IMG/VR virus record: IMGVR_UViG_3300045988_046223
Coordinates: 1 to 40,142 of that record
Reading direction: 5' to 3' (one strand)
Length of the DNA stretch: 40,142 nucleotides
Origin: a virus
Shown piece after piece: positions 6,989 through 15,283 of this stretch. Below the pieces are notes generated by a model that had not been told where the DNA came from, searched no databases, and saw only the letters and a list, made by a program, of their open reading frames with translations. Both the position numbers and the translations under genes were made by a program. Within the stretch, counting starts at the first letter, position 1, and each line of letters opens with the position of its first letter.

Positions 6989-7907
6989 TCAGCAGTTGGC
7001 ACAGAAGCCGAAGTTCAGCGTAATGATCACTACGCAGAGCTACCAAAACTTAATCAACAACACGCTGCGAGACCCAGACCGCGCACGAAGCTTTACCGCC
7101 AGCATCACAAGCGCGGTTGCTGTGAACCCCGCTTTGCAGGAATGCGACGCCGGTACGATTCTTGCCGGTGCGCTGCTGGGCGAGAGCTTGAAGCTCTCCC
7201 CTTCCCCGCAGCTTGGACAGTACTACCTCGTACCGTTTAAGAACAAACGGCAGCAGACCACGACGGCGCAGTTTGTGCTTGGTTATAAAGGTTATGTACA
7301 GCTTGCTTTACGCAGTGGGCAGTACAAAGACCTTGACGTTATGGTTATCAAGCAGGGCGAGTACATGGGCAAAGACCCGGATACCGGCAAGGCGCGTTTC
7401 AAATTTATTGAGGATGACGATGTGCGTGATGCACTTCCGACTGTTGGCTACATGGCTTATTTTGAGTACATGAACGGTTTCCGCAAGGTTCTGTATTGGA
7501 GCAAAGAAAAGATGATGACCCATGCAGACACCTACAGCCCGGCTTTCAGCCGTAAAGGCTATGAAGACCTGCTGGCCGGTAAAGTTCCGCAGAGCGAAAT
7601 GTGGAGGTACAGCTCGTTCTGGTACAAGAACTTCGATGATATGGCGAAGAAAACCATGCTACGGCAGCTGATTTCCCGCTGGGGCGTTATGAGTATTGAC
7701 ATTCAAACGGCACTCGAACATGACGATACCATCACGCATGACAACGACGGCCAGCTTATTGCAGAGCGCGTCGCGTCCGCAAAGGACGTCCGCCTTGAAG
7801 CTGCTGCACAGCCTGTACCGCAGATTGAACAGCCGCAAGCCGAACAGGCCGTTGAAGCCCAGACCACTGCTGCCGAGCCGAAGAAAATCGACTTGAGCAG
7901 CCTGTGA
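6975..7907 (+). CDS. recT: RecT-family single-strand annealing recombinase
   Basis: 310 aa. The region LVPFKNKRQQTTTAQFVLGYKGYVQLALRSGQY is typical of RecT. Confidence 0.9.
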   Translation: MTTSNQQLAQKPKFSVMITTQSYQNLINNTLRDPDRARSFTASITSAVAVNPALQECDAGTILAGALLGESLKLSPSPQLGQYYLVPFKNKRQQTTTAQFVLGYKGYVQLALRSGQYKDLDVMVIKQGEYMGKDPDTGKARFKFIEDDDVRDALPTVGYMAYFEYMNGFRKVLYWSKEKMMTHADTYSPAFSRKGYEDLLAGKVPQSEMWRYSSFWYKNFDDMAKKTMLRQLISRWGVMSIDIQTALEHDDTITHDNDGQLIAERVASAKDVRLEAAAQPVPQIEQPQAEQAVEAQTTAAEPKKIDLSSL

Positions 7908-7908
7908 G

Positions 7909-8562
7909 ATGGACTGCAAGATAATTTCAACTGGGAGCCAAGGGAACGCCGTACTCATTCAAAATTCAATACTGATTGATTGCGGCGTTCCATTTTCTCA
8001 GCTGACAGACGATTACAAAAGCTTGAAGCTCGTATTGCTCACACACATCCACGGCGACCACTTCAACCCCGCCACGCTGCGCAGGCTTGCCAGAGAGCGG
8101 CCTACATTGCGTTTTGCGTGTTGTGTTTGGTTATGTGCAGCCCTCGTGAATGCTGGCGTTAAAATGAGCCAGATTGACGTGATACGAACAGAACGCTGGT
8201 ACAACTACAAGAATCTATGCAGAATTAAGGCGCAGGAAACAAAGCATGATGTACAAAATTGCTGCTGGCATATAGAGCTGCCGCAGCCTCCCGTTGAAAG
8301 ATTGTTTTATGCTACCGACACGAGCAATCTGAACGGAATAACAGCCAAAGGCTATAATCTCTATCTCGTCGAAGCCAACTACACAGAAGCGGACATCAAA
8401 GACCGCATAGCCGAGAAGAAAATCAACGGCGAGTATGTGTATGAAAAGCGCGTGATGCGTGAGCATCTAAGTAAAGAGAAAGCCGACGATTGGCTATACC
8501 AGAACATGACAGCGCATTCCGAATACATCTATATGCACTGCCATCAAGAAAAGGACAACTGA
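7909..8562 (+). CDS. Metallo-beta-lactamase-fold hydrolase (possible recombination nuclease)
   Basis: 217 aa with the motif LLTHIHGDHF. Confidence 0.85.
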   Translation: MDCKIISTGSQGNAVLIQNSILIDCGVPFSQLTDDYKSLKLVLLTHIHGDHFNPATLRRLARERPTLRFACCVWLCAALVNAGVKMSQIDVIRTERWYNYKNLCRIKAQETKHDVQNCCWHIELPQPPVERLFYATDTSNLNGITAKGYNLYLVEANYTEADIKDRIAEKKINGEYVYEKRVMREHLSKEKADDWLYQNMTAHSEYIYMHCHQEKDN

Positions 8563-8564
8563 AT

Positions 8565-9311
8565 ATGGATAAAACAGCCTATATCAAATTATGGCTCGAT
8601 TACAGATGCTATTTTGAGACGCTCAGTGACGCTGAGGTAGGGCGTTTGGTGCGTGCAATGCTCGATTATGAGCTAGACGGAGCAACGCCAAAGTTCAGCG
8701 GGAGTGAACGTGTTCTGTGGCCTGTAATACGGCGAAACATTGATATTGACCATGAATTCTTGGAAAAGCAGGCGAAGAACGGTTCAAAGGGCGGTCGCCC
8801 TAGAAAACCCAAAGAAACCCAACAAAACCCAGAAGAACCCAAAGAAACCCAACAAAACCAAAAAGAGAAAATAGAAAATAGAAAACAGAAAATAGAATAT
8901 ATTACTACTACGACTACCGCGCAAGCGCGCGAAAGCTGGCAACAATGCGTAGATTGCTACGAGCAGAACATTGGCGCACTTCCTCGTGCTGCATTTGATA
9001 GCATTGTGGGATATCTGGAGCAGGTAGAGCCTGACCTTGTTTGCGAGGCAATCAAGCAGGCCGCTATCAACAATAAGCGCTCGTGGGGCTATGCGCAGGC
9101 AATCTTGCGCGACTGCCTGCAAAAGAAAATTACCACCCGCGCGGCGTATCTAGCCGAGAAAGAGGCCAGAAGTCAGCAGAAAGGAACTTCACAACGGAAG
9201 CAGATGAAAACCACACAAGAAAAGCTGCGCGAAATCGCAAAAGGAGGCATAGCAGATGACCTATCAGCAGACGGCGGCGCTCCTGTCGCTGGCTATGAAC
9301 TACTGGGATAA
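8565..9311 (+). CDS. Replisome organizer / DnaD-domain replication protein
   Basis: Starts at ATG 8565. The C-terminal region is DnaD-like (NKRSWGYAQAILRDC). A low-complexity K/E/Q/P linker is encoded by DNA repeats. Confidence 0.8.
   Translation: MDKTAYIKLWLDYRCYFETLSDAEVGRLVRAMLDYELDGATPKFSGSERVLWPVIRRNIDIDHEFLEKQAKNGSKGGRPRKPKETQQNPEEPKETQQNQKEKIENRKQKIEYITTTTTAQARESWQQCVDCYEQNIGALPRAAFDSIVGYLEQVEPDLVCEAIKQAAINNKRSWGYAQAILRDCLQKKITTRAAYLAEKEARSQQKGTSQRKQMKTTQEKLREIAKGGIADDLSADGGAPVAGYELLG
8801..8898. repeat. Phased 10-bp repeats plus AGAAAAT repeats (candidate origin iterons)
   Basis: Six tandem 10-mers (a/t)a(g/a/c)a(a/g)aacc(c/a) span 8801-8860. They include a 19-nt duplication at 8811-8829 and 8841-8859. 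The run gaaaatagaaaatagaaaacagaaaatagaa follows at 8867-8897. Confidence 0.6.
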
Positions 9312-9651
9312 CATTTGCAGCAAAACGAACGCCGAGGAAACTGCGAAAGCTTGGGCGGCATCGCTTTCTGACATTCCCTACAATGCCGCGCTGAAGGCTG
9401 TGCAGGAACTTTCCAAAACGCACCGATTCAAGCCAACTGTAAGCGAGGTGCGGGAAGCTGCTGTCAAATACAGCGCATACAACGTCGCCTATAACTGGTC
9501 TATGCGCCTTGCGTGGGACAGGTACACAGAACTCGGCATACCGCTGCCGGAATGGTTTGCTGCTGGCGTGTTACAACTTGGCAGCGCGGCTCCGGAGAGC
9601 TATAAACAGGTATTATTTGGGCATCGGACGCAAGAGAAAATTTCATGTTGA
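9256..9651 (+). CDS. Replication-module protein, possibly helicase-loader-like (SPP1 G39P-type)
   Basis: 131 aa after an AAAGGAGG SD. The call rests on its position after the organizer gene; the family assignment is tentative. Confidence 0.55.
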   Translation: MTYQQTAALLSLAMNYWDNICSKTNAEETAKAWAASLSDIPYNAALKAVQELSKTHRFKPTVSEVREAAVKYSAYNVAYNWSMRLAWDRYTELGIPLPEWFAAGVLQLGSAAPESYKQVLFGHRTQEKISC

Positions 9652-9660
9652 GGTGAAAAT

Positions 9661-10143
9661 ATGCTGAATGTTGTTGCTATCATTGGCCGCCTTGCGCGTG
9701 ACCCGGAGCTTCGTCAGACTACGACCGGCAAAAGCGTTGCCTCGTTCCGTATCGCTTGCGACCGCGGACGCCGTGACGCCAACGGACAGAGCCAGGCAGA
9801 CTGGCTTGACGTTGTTGCATGGGATAGAACCGCAGAGTTTATCTGCAAGTATTTCCAGAAGGGGTCGCTTATTGTGATTGATGGCCGTTTGCAGACCCGC
9901 CAATATCAGGACAAGAACGGCCAGAACCGCACAGCCGTTGAAATCGTGGCAAATAACGTGAATTTTGGGCAAAACAAGGAAAGTATATGCCATAGCACGG
10001 AAAACGCGCCAGAGAGTACCGCAGCCGCTCCACAGCGCACGCACAGCGCACAGCGCACAACGCAAAGTGCTGCACCGAGCTATTCTGCTGGCAACGATGA
10101 CGATTTCGCGCTCAGCGAGGATGAGGGCGACTTGCCGTTCTGA
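9661..10143 (+). CDS. ssb: Single-stranded DNA-binding protein
   Basis: OB-fold N-terminus (MLNVVAIIGRLARDPELRQT...WLDVVAWDRTAE) and an acidic C-terminal tip DEGDLPF. Confidence 0.95.
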   Translation: MLNVVAIIGRLARDPELRQTTTGKSVASFRIACDRGRRDANGQSQADWLDVVAWDRTAEFICKYFQKGSLIVIDGRLQTRQYQDKNGQNRTAVEIVANNVNFGQNKESICHSTENAPESTAAAPQRTHSAQRTTQSAAPSYSAGNDDDFALSEDEGDLPF

Positions 10144-10184
10144 TTATGAAACGCATTGAAATCATCACTAAAGGAGATTGTACC

Positions 10185-10850
10185 GTGAAAGTATTAGTTG
10201 CCTGTGAAGAATCGCAGACAGTCTGCAAGGCGTTCCGAGAACGCGGACATGAAGCGTACAGCTGTGACATCCAGGAACCGTCTGGTGGACACCCGGAATG
10301 GCATATTTTAGGCGATGCCATGAAAGCAATCGAGGGGGGGCAAATCGTAACGATGGACGGCAAAACGCACGAAATAAGAAAATGGGATTTGCTTATCGCG
10401 CATCCGCCTTGCACATACCTAACTGTTACCGGGAATCGCTGGTTTGATATTTCACGGTATGGCGGAAAAGCGGTTCAACGTTACAAAGACCGCGAAGAAG
10501 CCGCCGATTTCTTTATGCGGTTTGTTAAATGTAACTCCCCAAAAGTCGCTATTGAAAACCCTATTGGATATATGTCAACAGCATATCAAAAACCAACTCA
10601 AATTATTCATCCGTATATGTTTGGCGCCCCAGCAAGAAAAGCAACCTGTTTATGGCTGAAGGGTCTACCGAAACTAATACCAACCGATATAGTAGAGCCT
10701 GAGATTATTCACTACAAAAACGGTAACGGCACAGATAATCCGTGGCACATGGAAACTATGAAATTGCCACCAAAGGAGAGAGCAAAGGAGCGAAGCAAAA
10801 CCTTTCCCGGTATCGCCGCCGCAATGGCAGAACAGTGGGGCAGTTTATGA
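10185..10850 (+). CDS. C5-cytosine-methyltransferase-like protein lacking an obvious SAM-binding glycine loop
   Basis: GTG 10185 follows an AAAGGAG SD; ATG 10146 is an alternative start. Motifs present: HPPCTYL (PC-like), AIENP (ENV-like) and FPGIAAAMAEQW (motif X-like). Confidence 0.6.
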   Translation: MKVLVACEESQTVCKAFRERGHEAYSCDIQEPSGGHPEWHILGDAMKAIEGGQIVTMDGKTHEIRKWDLLIAHPPCTYLTVTGNRWFDISRYGGKAVQRYKDREEAADFFMRFVKCNSPKVAIENPIGYMSTAYQKPTQIIHPYMFGAPARKATCLWLKGLPKLIPTDIVEPEIIHYKNGNGTDNPWHMETMKLPPKERAKERSKTFPGIAAAMAEQWGSL

Positions 10851-11251
10851 GATGCAAGTACACTATTAGCCTTCCCCCCATCACCAAAAAGAACAGCCCC
10901 CGCATCGGATACGTTGGCGCTCACTGCCCGGTATGCCATAAGGGCAAGTACGCAAAAGTTCTGCCAAGCGCAGCCTACTTGAAGTACGCAAGAGCTGCCA
11001 AGATGTATTTAAACCCGGCACCAAAAAATCCGTTGGACGGCCGCTACAACGTCAAATGCTTGTACTACATGCCTACACGCCGCAAGGTTGATAAAACAAA
11101 CCTCGAAAGTGCCATCATGGATATTCTAGTTGATGCCAGGATTTTGAAAGATGACAACAGCAACATAGTAGCAGCAACAGACGGCTCCCGCGTACTGTAC
11201 GACAAAGAAAACCCCCGCACAGAAATTTTTATCGAAGAATTGGAAGTGTAA
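10847..11251 (+). CDS. rusA: RusA-family Holliday junction resolvase
   Basis: 134 aa with an ATGA overlap. The region KVDKTNLESAIMDILVDARILKDDNSNIV is typical of RusA. Confidence 0.8.
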   Translation: MRCKYTISLPPITKKNSPRIGYVGAHCPVCHKGKYAKVLPSAAYLKYARAAKMYLNPAPKNPLDGRYNVKCLYYMPTRRKVDKTNLESAIMDILVDARILKDDNSNIVAATDGSRVLYDKENPRTEIFIEELEV

Positions 11252-11254
11252 CCT

Positions 11255-11599
11255 ATGAAATGCTATGCCAAGCGCCACGCGCTGGCCTCCGACGCCATGA
11301 ACGCTGCACAGCTCGTCACAAAACAGCTTCTCGAGGAACAGTCAGACCGCATCGCGGCACGCTGCTATAACGAGGTCTGGTGCGCCATGCTGCAAGCCAA
11401 CCTGTCCCCTAGAACCATTGCCCATGTGCAGAAAGCCCTTGCAGAAGCCGTACTGCCTAAGCTCGATGGCATCTACACTCCGGAAAATAAAAAGCAGCTC
11501 GACAATGTGCAGAATGTCGCGGACGCTGATTTGTGGGTAAAAGCCTATTTGACCGACCATGGCGTGCAAGTCTGGGCGGCGAAGGAGAGAAGCAAATGA
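11255..11599 (+). CDS. Hypothetical protein
   Basis: 114-aa ORF, tightly packed. Confidence 0.65.
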   Translation: MKCYAKRHALASDAMNAAQLVTKQLLEEQSDRIAARCYNEVWCAMLQANLSPRTIAHVQKALAEAVLPKLDGIYTPENKKQLDNVQNVADADLWVKAYLTDHGVQVWAAKERSK

Positions 11600-11910
11600 T
11601 TTTTGTAACAAAACCATGCCAGTGTTGCGGCAACATTATGGTAAATGTCAATAGGCAGACTCGATTTTGTGAGGAATGCAAGCGCATCAAGAGCAACGCC
11701 GCCGCCCGTGCCGCATATCACAGAAACCGCGAGAAAGTTTTAGAGAAGCGCAGGGAAAGGCGCATTGCTAAAAATGCTGAAAAGCCAAAGAAAATCGTGG
11801 TGCCGAAAGAAATCAAGAGAATAAAACCGATCGAACAATGTGTCCGCGAAGCAGCCGCCCTGGACCTGACCTATGGGCAGTATGTAGCCCGCGGGCTGGA
11901 TAAGGAGTGA
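11596..11910 (+). CDS. Zinc-ribbon protein with basic tail
   Basis: ATGA overlap start. CxxC...CxxC arrangement (CQCCGN...CEEC). Confidence 0.65.
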   Translation: MIFVTKPCQCCGNIMVNVNRQTRFCEECKRIKSNAAARAAYHRNREKVLEKRRERRIAKNAEKPKKIVVPKEIKRIKPIEQCVREAAALDLTYGQYVARGLDKE

Positions 11911-11915
11911 TTGTA

Positions 11916-12251
11916 ATGGGATTTGATATTACAATAAGCCGCTACTATGTGGGCAAATGTCCGCACTGCGGAAAGCCAATCAAAGGCACACTCCGCGACC
12001 ATGTAGATTCTGGCGGCCGTGTCTGGAGAGAGTATCTCGAAAAAATCGGCTATTATGTGCCTTATGAAATACGAGAGAAAGAACCGGAAAGAGATTTTTA
12101 CGGAAAGGATATGACACTAACAACTGAACAGGCAAAACGGCTTGCTGCGTTTGCCAAAGTATACGAACTATACGACTGGGCAATAATTGCGGAGCTTGTA
12201 GATTGTGCCATAGAAAACGGAGATTTTGTAGTTATAAACGCAGATTGGTAA
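11916..12251 (+). CDS. Hypothetical protein (CxxC)
   Basis: AAGGAG SD 8 nt upstream of ATG 11916. Confidence 0.65.
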   Translation: MGFDITISRYYVGKCPHCGKPIKGTLRDHVDSGGRVWREYLEKIGYYVPYEIREKEPERDFYGKDMTLTTEQAKRLAAFAKVYELYDWAIIAELVDCAIENGDFVVINADW

Positions 12252-12262
12252 GGAGTGAGACT

Positions 12263-12937
12263 ATGGACGCAGTTGAATTTTTCCAGACGGTAAACAGGTT
12301 ATGCAAAAATCAAATATGCGCGGAATGTCCCATTTGTAAAAAGGGCATGATTAAGGATATGTGTATGGTCAGGCGCACGGTTATGCTCGGCGACGCTTCA
12401 GTTGAAAGCATTGAGAAAATGATTTCAATTGTCGAACAATGGGCAAAAGACAACCCCGTCAAGACCCGCAATTTCGCCGTTGAAAGTTTCCGGGCACTTA
12501 TCAAAGCAGAACCTACCGTGACCCCGTCGCCTGTCTACGCAAAGAGAGTCTTATTAGATCGGGAGGTTCGGCACGACCTGCAAAATGCGTTTCCGAAAGC
12601 GTTTTTAAATTTGCGTTTGGAGCTGATCGCTTACCCAGCCCGCAACACCACCGTACCGCTGTACGGTGCGGACACGCTTGACGAACTGAATGCCCGGATT
12701 ATTGAATGGTGCAGCCGTGAAGCCTGTAAGTCCAACAGTCCGGCAAGTATGAAATACCATCTGAACGGCATAAACCAGTTCTGCCACACAGACTTTACCC
12801 GTGACGGCATGGAATATATCTATACTAATCTGGGCAACGGTATCAACCATGATCTGTGCCTGCGCTTTGTCGGTGAAATGGACTTTAATCTGAACAAGCT
12901 GAAACACGAGATTGAGAAAATGGAGAAGCCGACATGA
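12263..12937 (+). CDS. Hypothetical protein
   Basis: 224 aa after an AAGGAG SD, with a Cys-rich N-terminal segment. Confidence 0.7.
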   Translation: MDAVEFFQTVNRLCKNQICAECPICKKGMIKDMCMVRRTVMLGDASVESIEKMISIVEQWAKDNPVKTRNFAVESFRALIKAEPTVTPSPVYAKRVLLDREVRHDLQNAFPKAFLNLRLELIAYPARNTTVPLYGADTLDELNARIIEWCSREACKSNSPASMKYHLNGINQFCHTDFTRDGMEYIYTNLGNGINHDLCLRFVGEMDFNLNKLKHEIEKMEKPT

Positions 12938-13368
12938 ACAGCGCCGTCTTTTACTCCAGTAAAACCGATATGTGGGCAACGCCGCAGGATTTCTTCGATG
13001 CCCTCGACGCCGAATTCCATTTCACGCTGGATGCCTGCGCAGTCAAGGAGAATGCAAAGTGCGAGGCCTACTATACCCCAGAGCAAGACGGCCTTGACCA
13101 GCCTTGGACAGGCCGAGTTTGGTGTAATCCACCATACGGGCGGAACGTTGGCCAGTGGGTCAAAAAGGCCCACGACACTGCTTCTGGGGGGGGATTTGTT
13201 GTTATGCTACTGCCTGCCCGCACTGATACACGCTGGTTTCACGATTACATCTATGGCAAAACGGAAGTCAGGTTTATCAAAGGTCGCTTGAAATTTGGCA
13301 GTTGTCAAAACGCGGCCCCGTTTCCAAGCATGGTTGTAATTTTCGGAGGTGAACGCAAAAATGAGTAG
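12934..13368 (+). CDS. Phage Dam-like N6-adenine DNA methyltransferase
   Basis: 144 aa with FTLDACA and WCNPPYGR (NPPY catalytic motif). Confidence 0.85.
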   Translation: MNSAVFYSSKTDMWATPQDFFDALDAEFHFTLDACAVKENAKCEAYYTPEQDGLDQPWTGRVWCNPPYGRNVGQWVKKAHDTASGGGFVVMLLPARTDTRWFHDYIYGKTEVRFIKGRLKFGSCQNAAPFPSMVVIFGGERKNE

Positions 13369-13555
13369 AACCCCATCTGAACCCCTGCGCTGTGAAACCT
13401 GCCTGTATTGGGAAGATTTCAACGGCGTATGCTTTTGCGGCGCAAGCCCCTATTGTGCCGACTTCACGGACGGCGATGACGGCTGCTGTTACTGGCAGCA
13501 GAAAGAGCCTGCTACACAATCTGAGGACGAGCAACTAGAGGAGGTATCAAAATGA
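13361..13555 (+). CDS. Small Cys-rich protein
   Basis: 64 aa after a GGAGGTG SD. It overlaps the MTase stop codon. Confidence 0.6.
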   Translation: MSRTPSEPLRCETCLYWEDFNGVCFCGASPYCADFTDGDDGCCYWQQKEPATQSEDEQLEEVSK

Positions 13556-13887
13556 GCACAACAATAGGCTGCCCGATTCCCGGCGCAAGCCAGCCGAAAG
13601 AACAAAGAAGATACATTGACAGGCCGATGCGGCTCATTGACGCAAGGGAAGTTATGATTGCCGTTTTTAACGCAATTGAGATGGACGAGGACGAATACAA
13701 CGCTATAAAAGCGGAAGTGGACGAGATACCTACCATCGACCCCGAATCCCTGCGGCCTACGGCACATTGGATAAGCGATAGCGGCGGAAGCACAAATGTT
13801 GTATGTTCACACTGTAATGCAATTTCTTTCGCTGCTTATAATTTTTGCCCGGAGTGCGGCAAAAGGATGGTGAGCGCAAATGAGTGA
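13552..13887 (+). CDS. Hypothetical protein with C-terminal zinc ribbon
   Basis: 111 aa with CSHC...CPEC. Confidence 0.65.
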   Translation: MSTTIGCPIPGASQPKEQRRYIDRPMRLIDAREVMIAVFNAIEMDEDEYNAIKAEVDEIPTIDPESLRPTAHWISDSGGSTNVVCSHCNAISFAAYNFCPECGKRMVSANE

Positions 13888-13945
13888 ATGGATAAGCGTT
13901 AAAGACAGGCTGCCACTCCCTGAACCCCCGGAGGCGACCCCATGA
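13880..13945 (+). pseudogene. 21-codon stub resembling the N-terminus of DUF551-type phage proteins
   Basis: Encodes MSEWISVKDRLPLPEPPEATP followed by a stop. The WISVKDRLP start is typical of DUF551 proteins (from memory). ATGA overlaps on both sides. Confidence 0.3.
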
Positions 13946-14130
13946 CAAAACAGCAGCTAGTTGATGAATACGCCCGCAAACATCTTTGCGCGACATGCGA
14001 GTGGAAGAATGGCGATATTTGCACGCTGCCGCGCTGCATGAAACTGGAAGAGAGGAGATACAATGACCAGAGAAGAATTCAACCAAAAGAAAGTGTGGCT
14101 ATGGAGATACCAACGCAGCAGGAATCATGA
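13942..14130 (+). CDS. Small Cys-rich hypothetical protein
   Basis: 62 aa. It overlaps the next gene by 68 nt, so its end and its reality are uncertain. Confidence 0.4.
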   Translation: MTKQQLVDEYARKHLCATCEWKNGDICTLPRCMKLEERRYNDQRRIQPKESVAMEIPTQQES

Positions 14131-14494
14131 ACGACAGCTGCGCCAGCAGATACAAAGCGAACGTGAACGGGCAACAGCGACCACTAAAGCATTATCCCCC
14201 GTGGTGGTGTCTGCTGGCGGTAAAAATAAAATCGAGGATGCCGTTTGCAGAATCATGGAGCGTCAGGAAGCTCTATACAAGCAGATTATTGAAACCGAAA
14301 TGCAAAGGGAAGAAATCGAAACCGCAATAAACTCTGTTCAAGACCAAATGCAGCGGGACGTTCTGCGGGAGCGGTATATTGTCGGCACCCCGTATTGGTG
14401 GAAAATTGCGATAAATCTAAATATTTCCGAGCGATGGGCAAAGAAATTACACCGCGCTGCAATTGAAAATCTGTGCACTCCAGTTCACTTTTAA
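14063..14494 (+). CDS. Late-gene regulator with sigma-70 region-4-like HTH (RinA/ArpU-type position)
   Basis: 143 aa after a GAGAGGAG SD. The C-terminus QRDVLRERYIVGTPYWWKIAINLNISERWAKKLHRAAIENL is region-4-like. It is the last gene before the packaging module. Confidence 0.7.
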   Translation: MTREEFNQKKVWLWRYQRSRNHERQLRQQIQSERERATATTKALSPVVVSAGGKNKIEDAVCRIMERQEALYKQIIETEMQREEIETAINSVQDQMQRDVLRERYIVGTPYWWKIAINLNISERWAKKLHRAAIENLCTPVHF

Positions 14495-14834
14495 CCTGCT
14501 ATTATAGATATGCTGGATGATGTAGGAACGGGGCAGCCTACGGTATAGCGAAAACCTCCTTTCTTTACCATTTTCATTTCAATTCTCCTGTTTTCATAGC
14601 TGGCAGCCGGGAAAGACCGGCATTTTATTTGCTGCATAGCTGACCATTTTGGTGACGTTACCAAGATGGTATGAGCGCTGCGTTCCAAAGCAACGGCGCG
14701 GCAAAGGTGCAAGACCTATGTGCAGCACCAACGCCGATGATGCTGGTAAATAGGCAAGTGCAAGCGCATTCCGTTCCCAGCTAGGCAACCACCGCAAGCC
14801 TACTAACAGTGCGTAACCTGCGGGGTTTTTATAT

Positions 14835-14892
14835 GCCCTTGTAGCTCAATGGCAAGAGCCTTGGTGTGCCGGTTCAAGTCCGGCTGAGGGCA
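14835..14892 (+). ncRNA. tRNA-like module lacking the anticodon arm
   Basis: - Acceptor stem 14835-41 / 14885-91 (7 bp, including 2 G-U pairs).
- TA at the positions of nucleotides 8-9.
- D stem GCTC/GAGC with loop AATGGCAA.
- 8-nt linker in place of the anticodon arm.
- T stem GCCGG/CCGGC with loop TTCAAGT.
- Discriminator A. Confidence 0.6.
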
Positions 14893-15283
14893 AAGGCTGG
14901 GTCGCTCCCACCGGTGAAAGCCCGGCGTAGGAAACGCGATAGATAACTGACACACCGGAAGAGCGACGGTGCACAGCCCACTACGAGAGGGCGCATACCC
15001 GATTGCACACCGATTTTGAAAGCGGAGAAGTTCTGGGACGTTTTTACGGTGACATCGAGAAAACCGTTCGGCATCTGCTTGTGCGGACTCCGTTACTGAC
15101 GCAGTTACGCATCGCCGGAACCCATAATATCAAAGCAGAGACCGCGACCAGCGGACGGGATATAAATAACGCTGGATTACGTTGCGGATTTGCTCCCCGC
15201 AACGGGTGAGGTCGGCACAGCATACACCGACAGGGCGGGAACGCGCTTTTCCTCCGGCGCAAAGGGGTTTAGGGGGAATATAA

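Noticed and set aside
14491-14577. 28-codon minus-strand ORF (MKMVKKGGFRYTVGCPVPTSSSISIIAG) with an AGGAGA SD, inside the ORF-free region.
   Set aside because: I found no upstream minus-strand promoter, and the peptide has no hydrophobic or toxin-like character. It is more likely a chance ORF within the structured RNA region. The other 60-73-codon ORFs at 14594-15262 were dismissed for the same reason.
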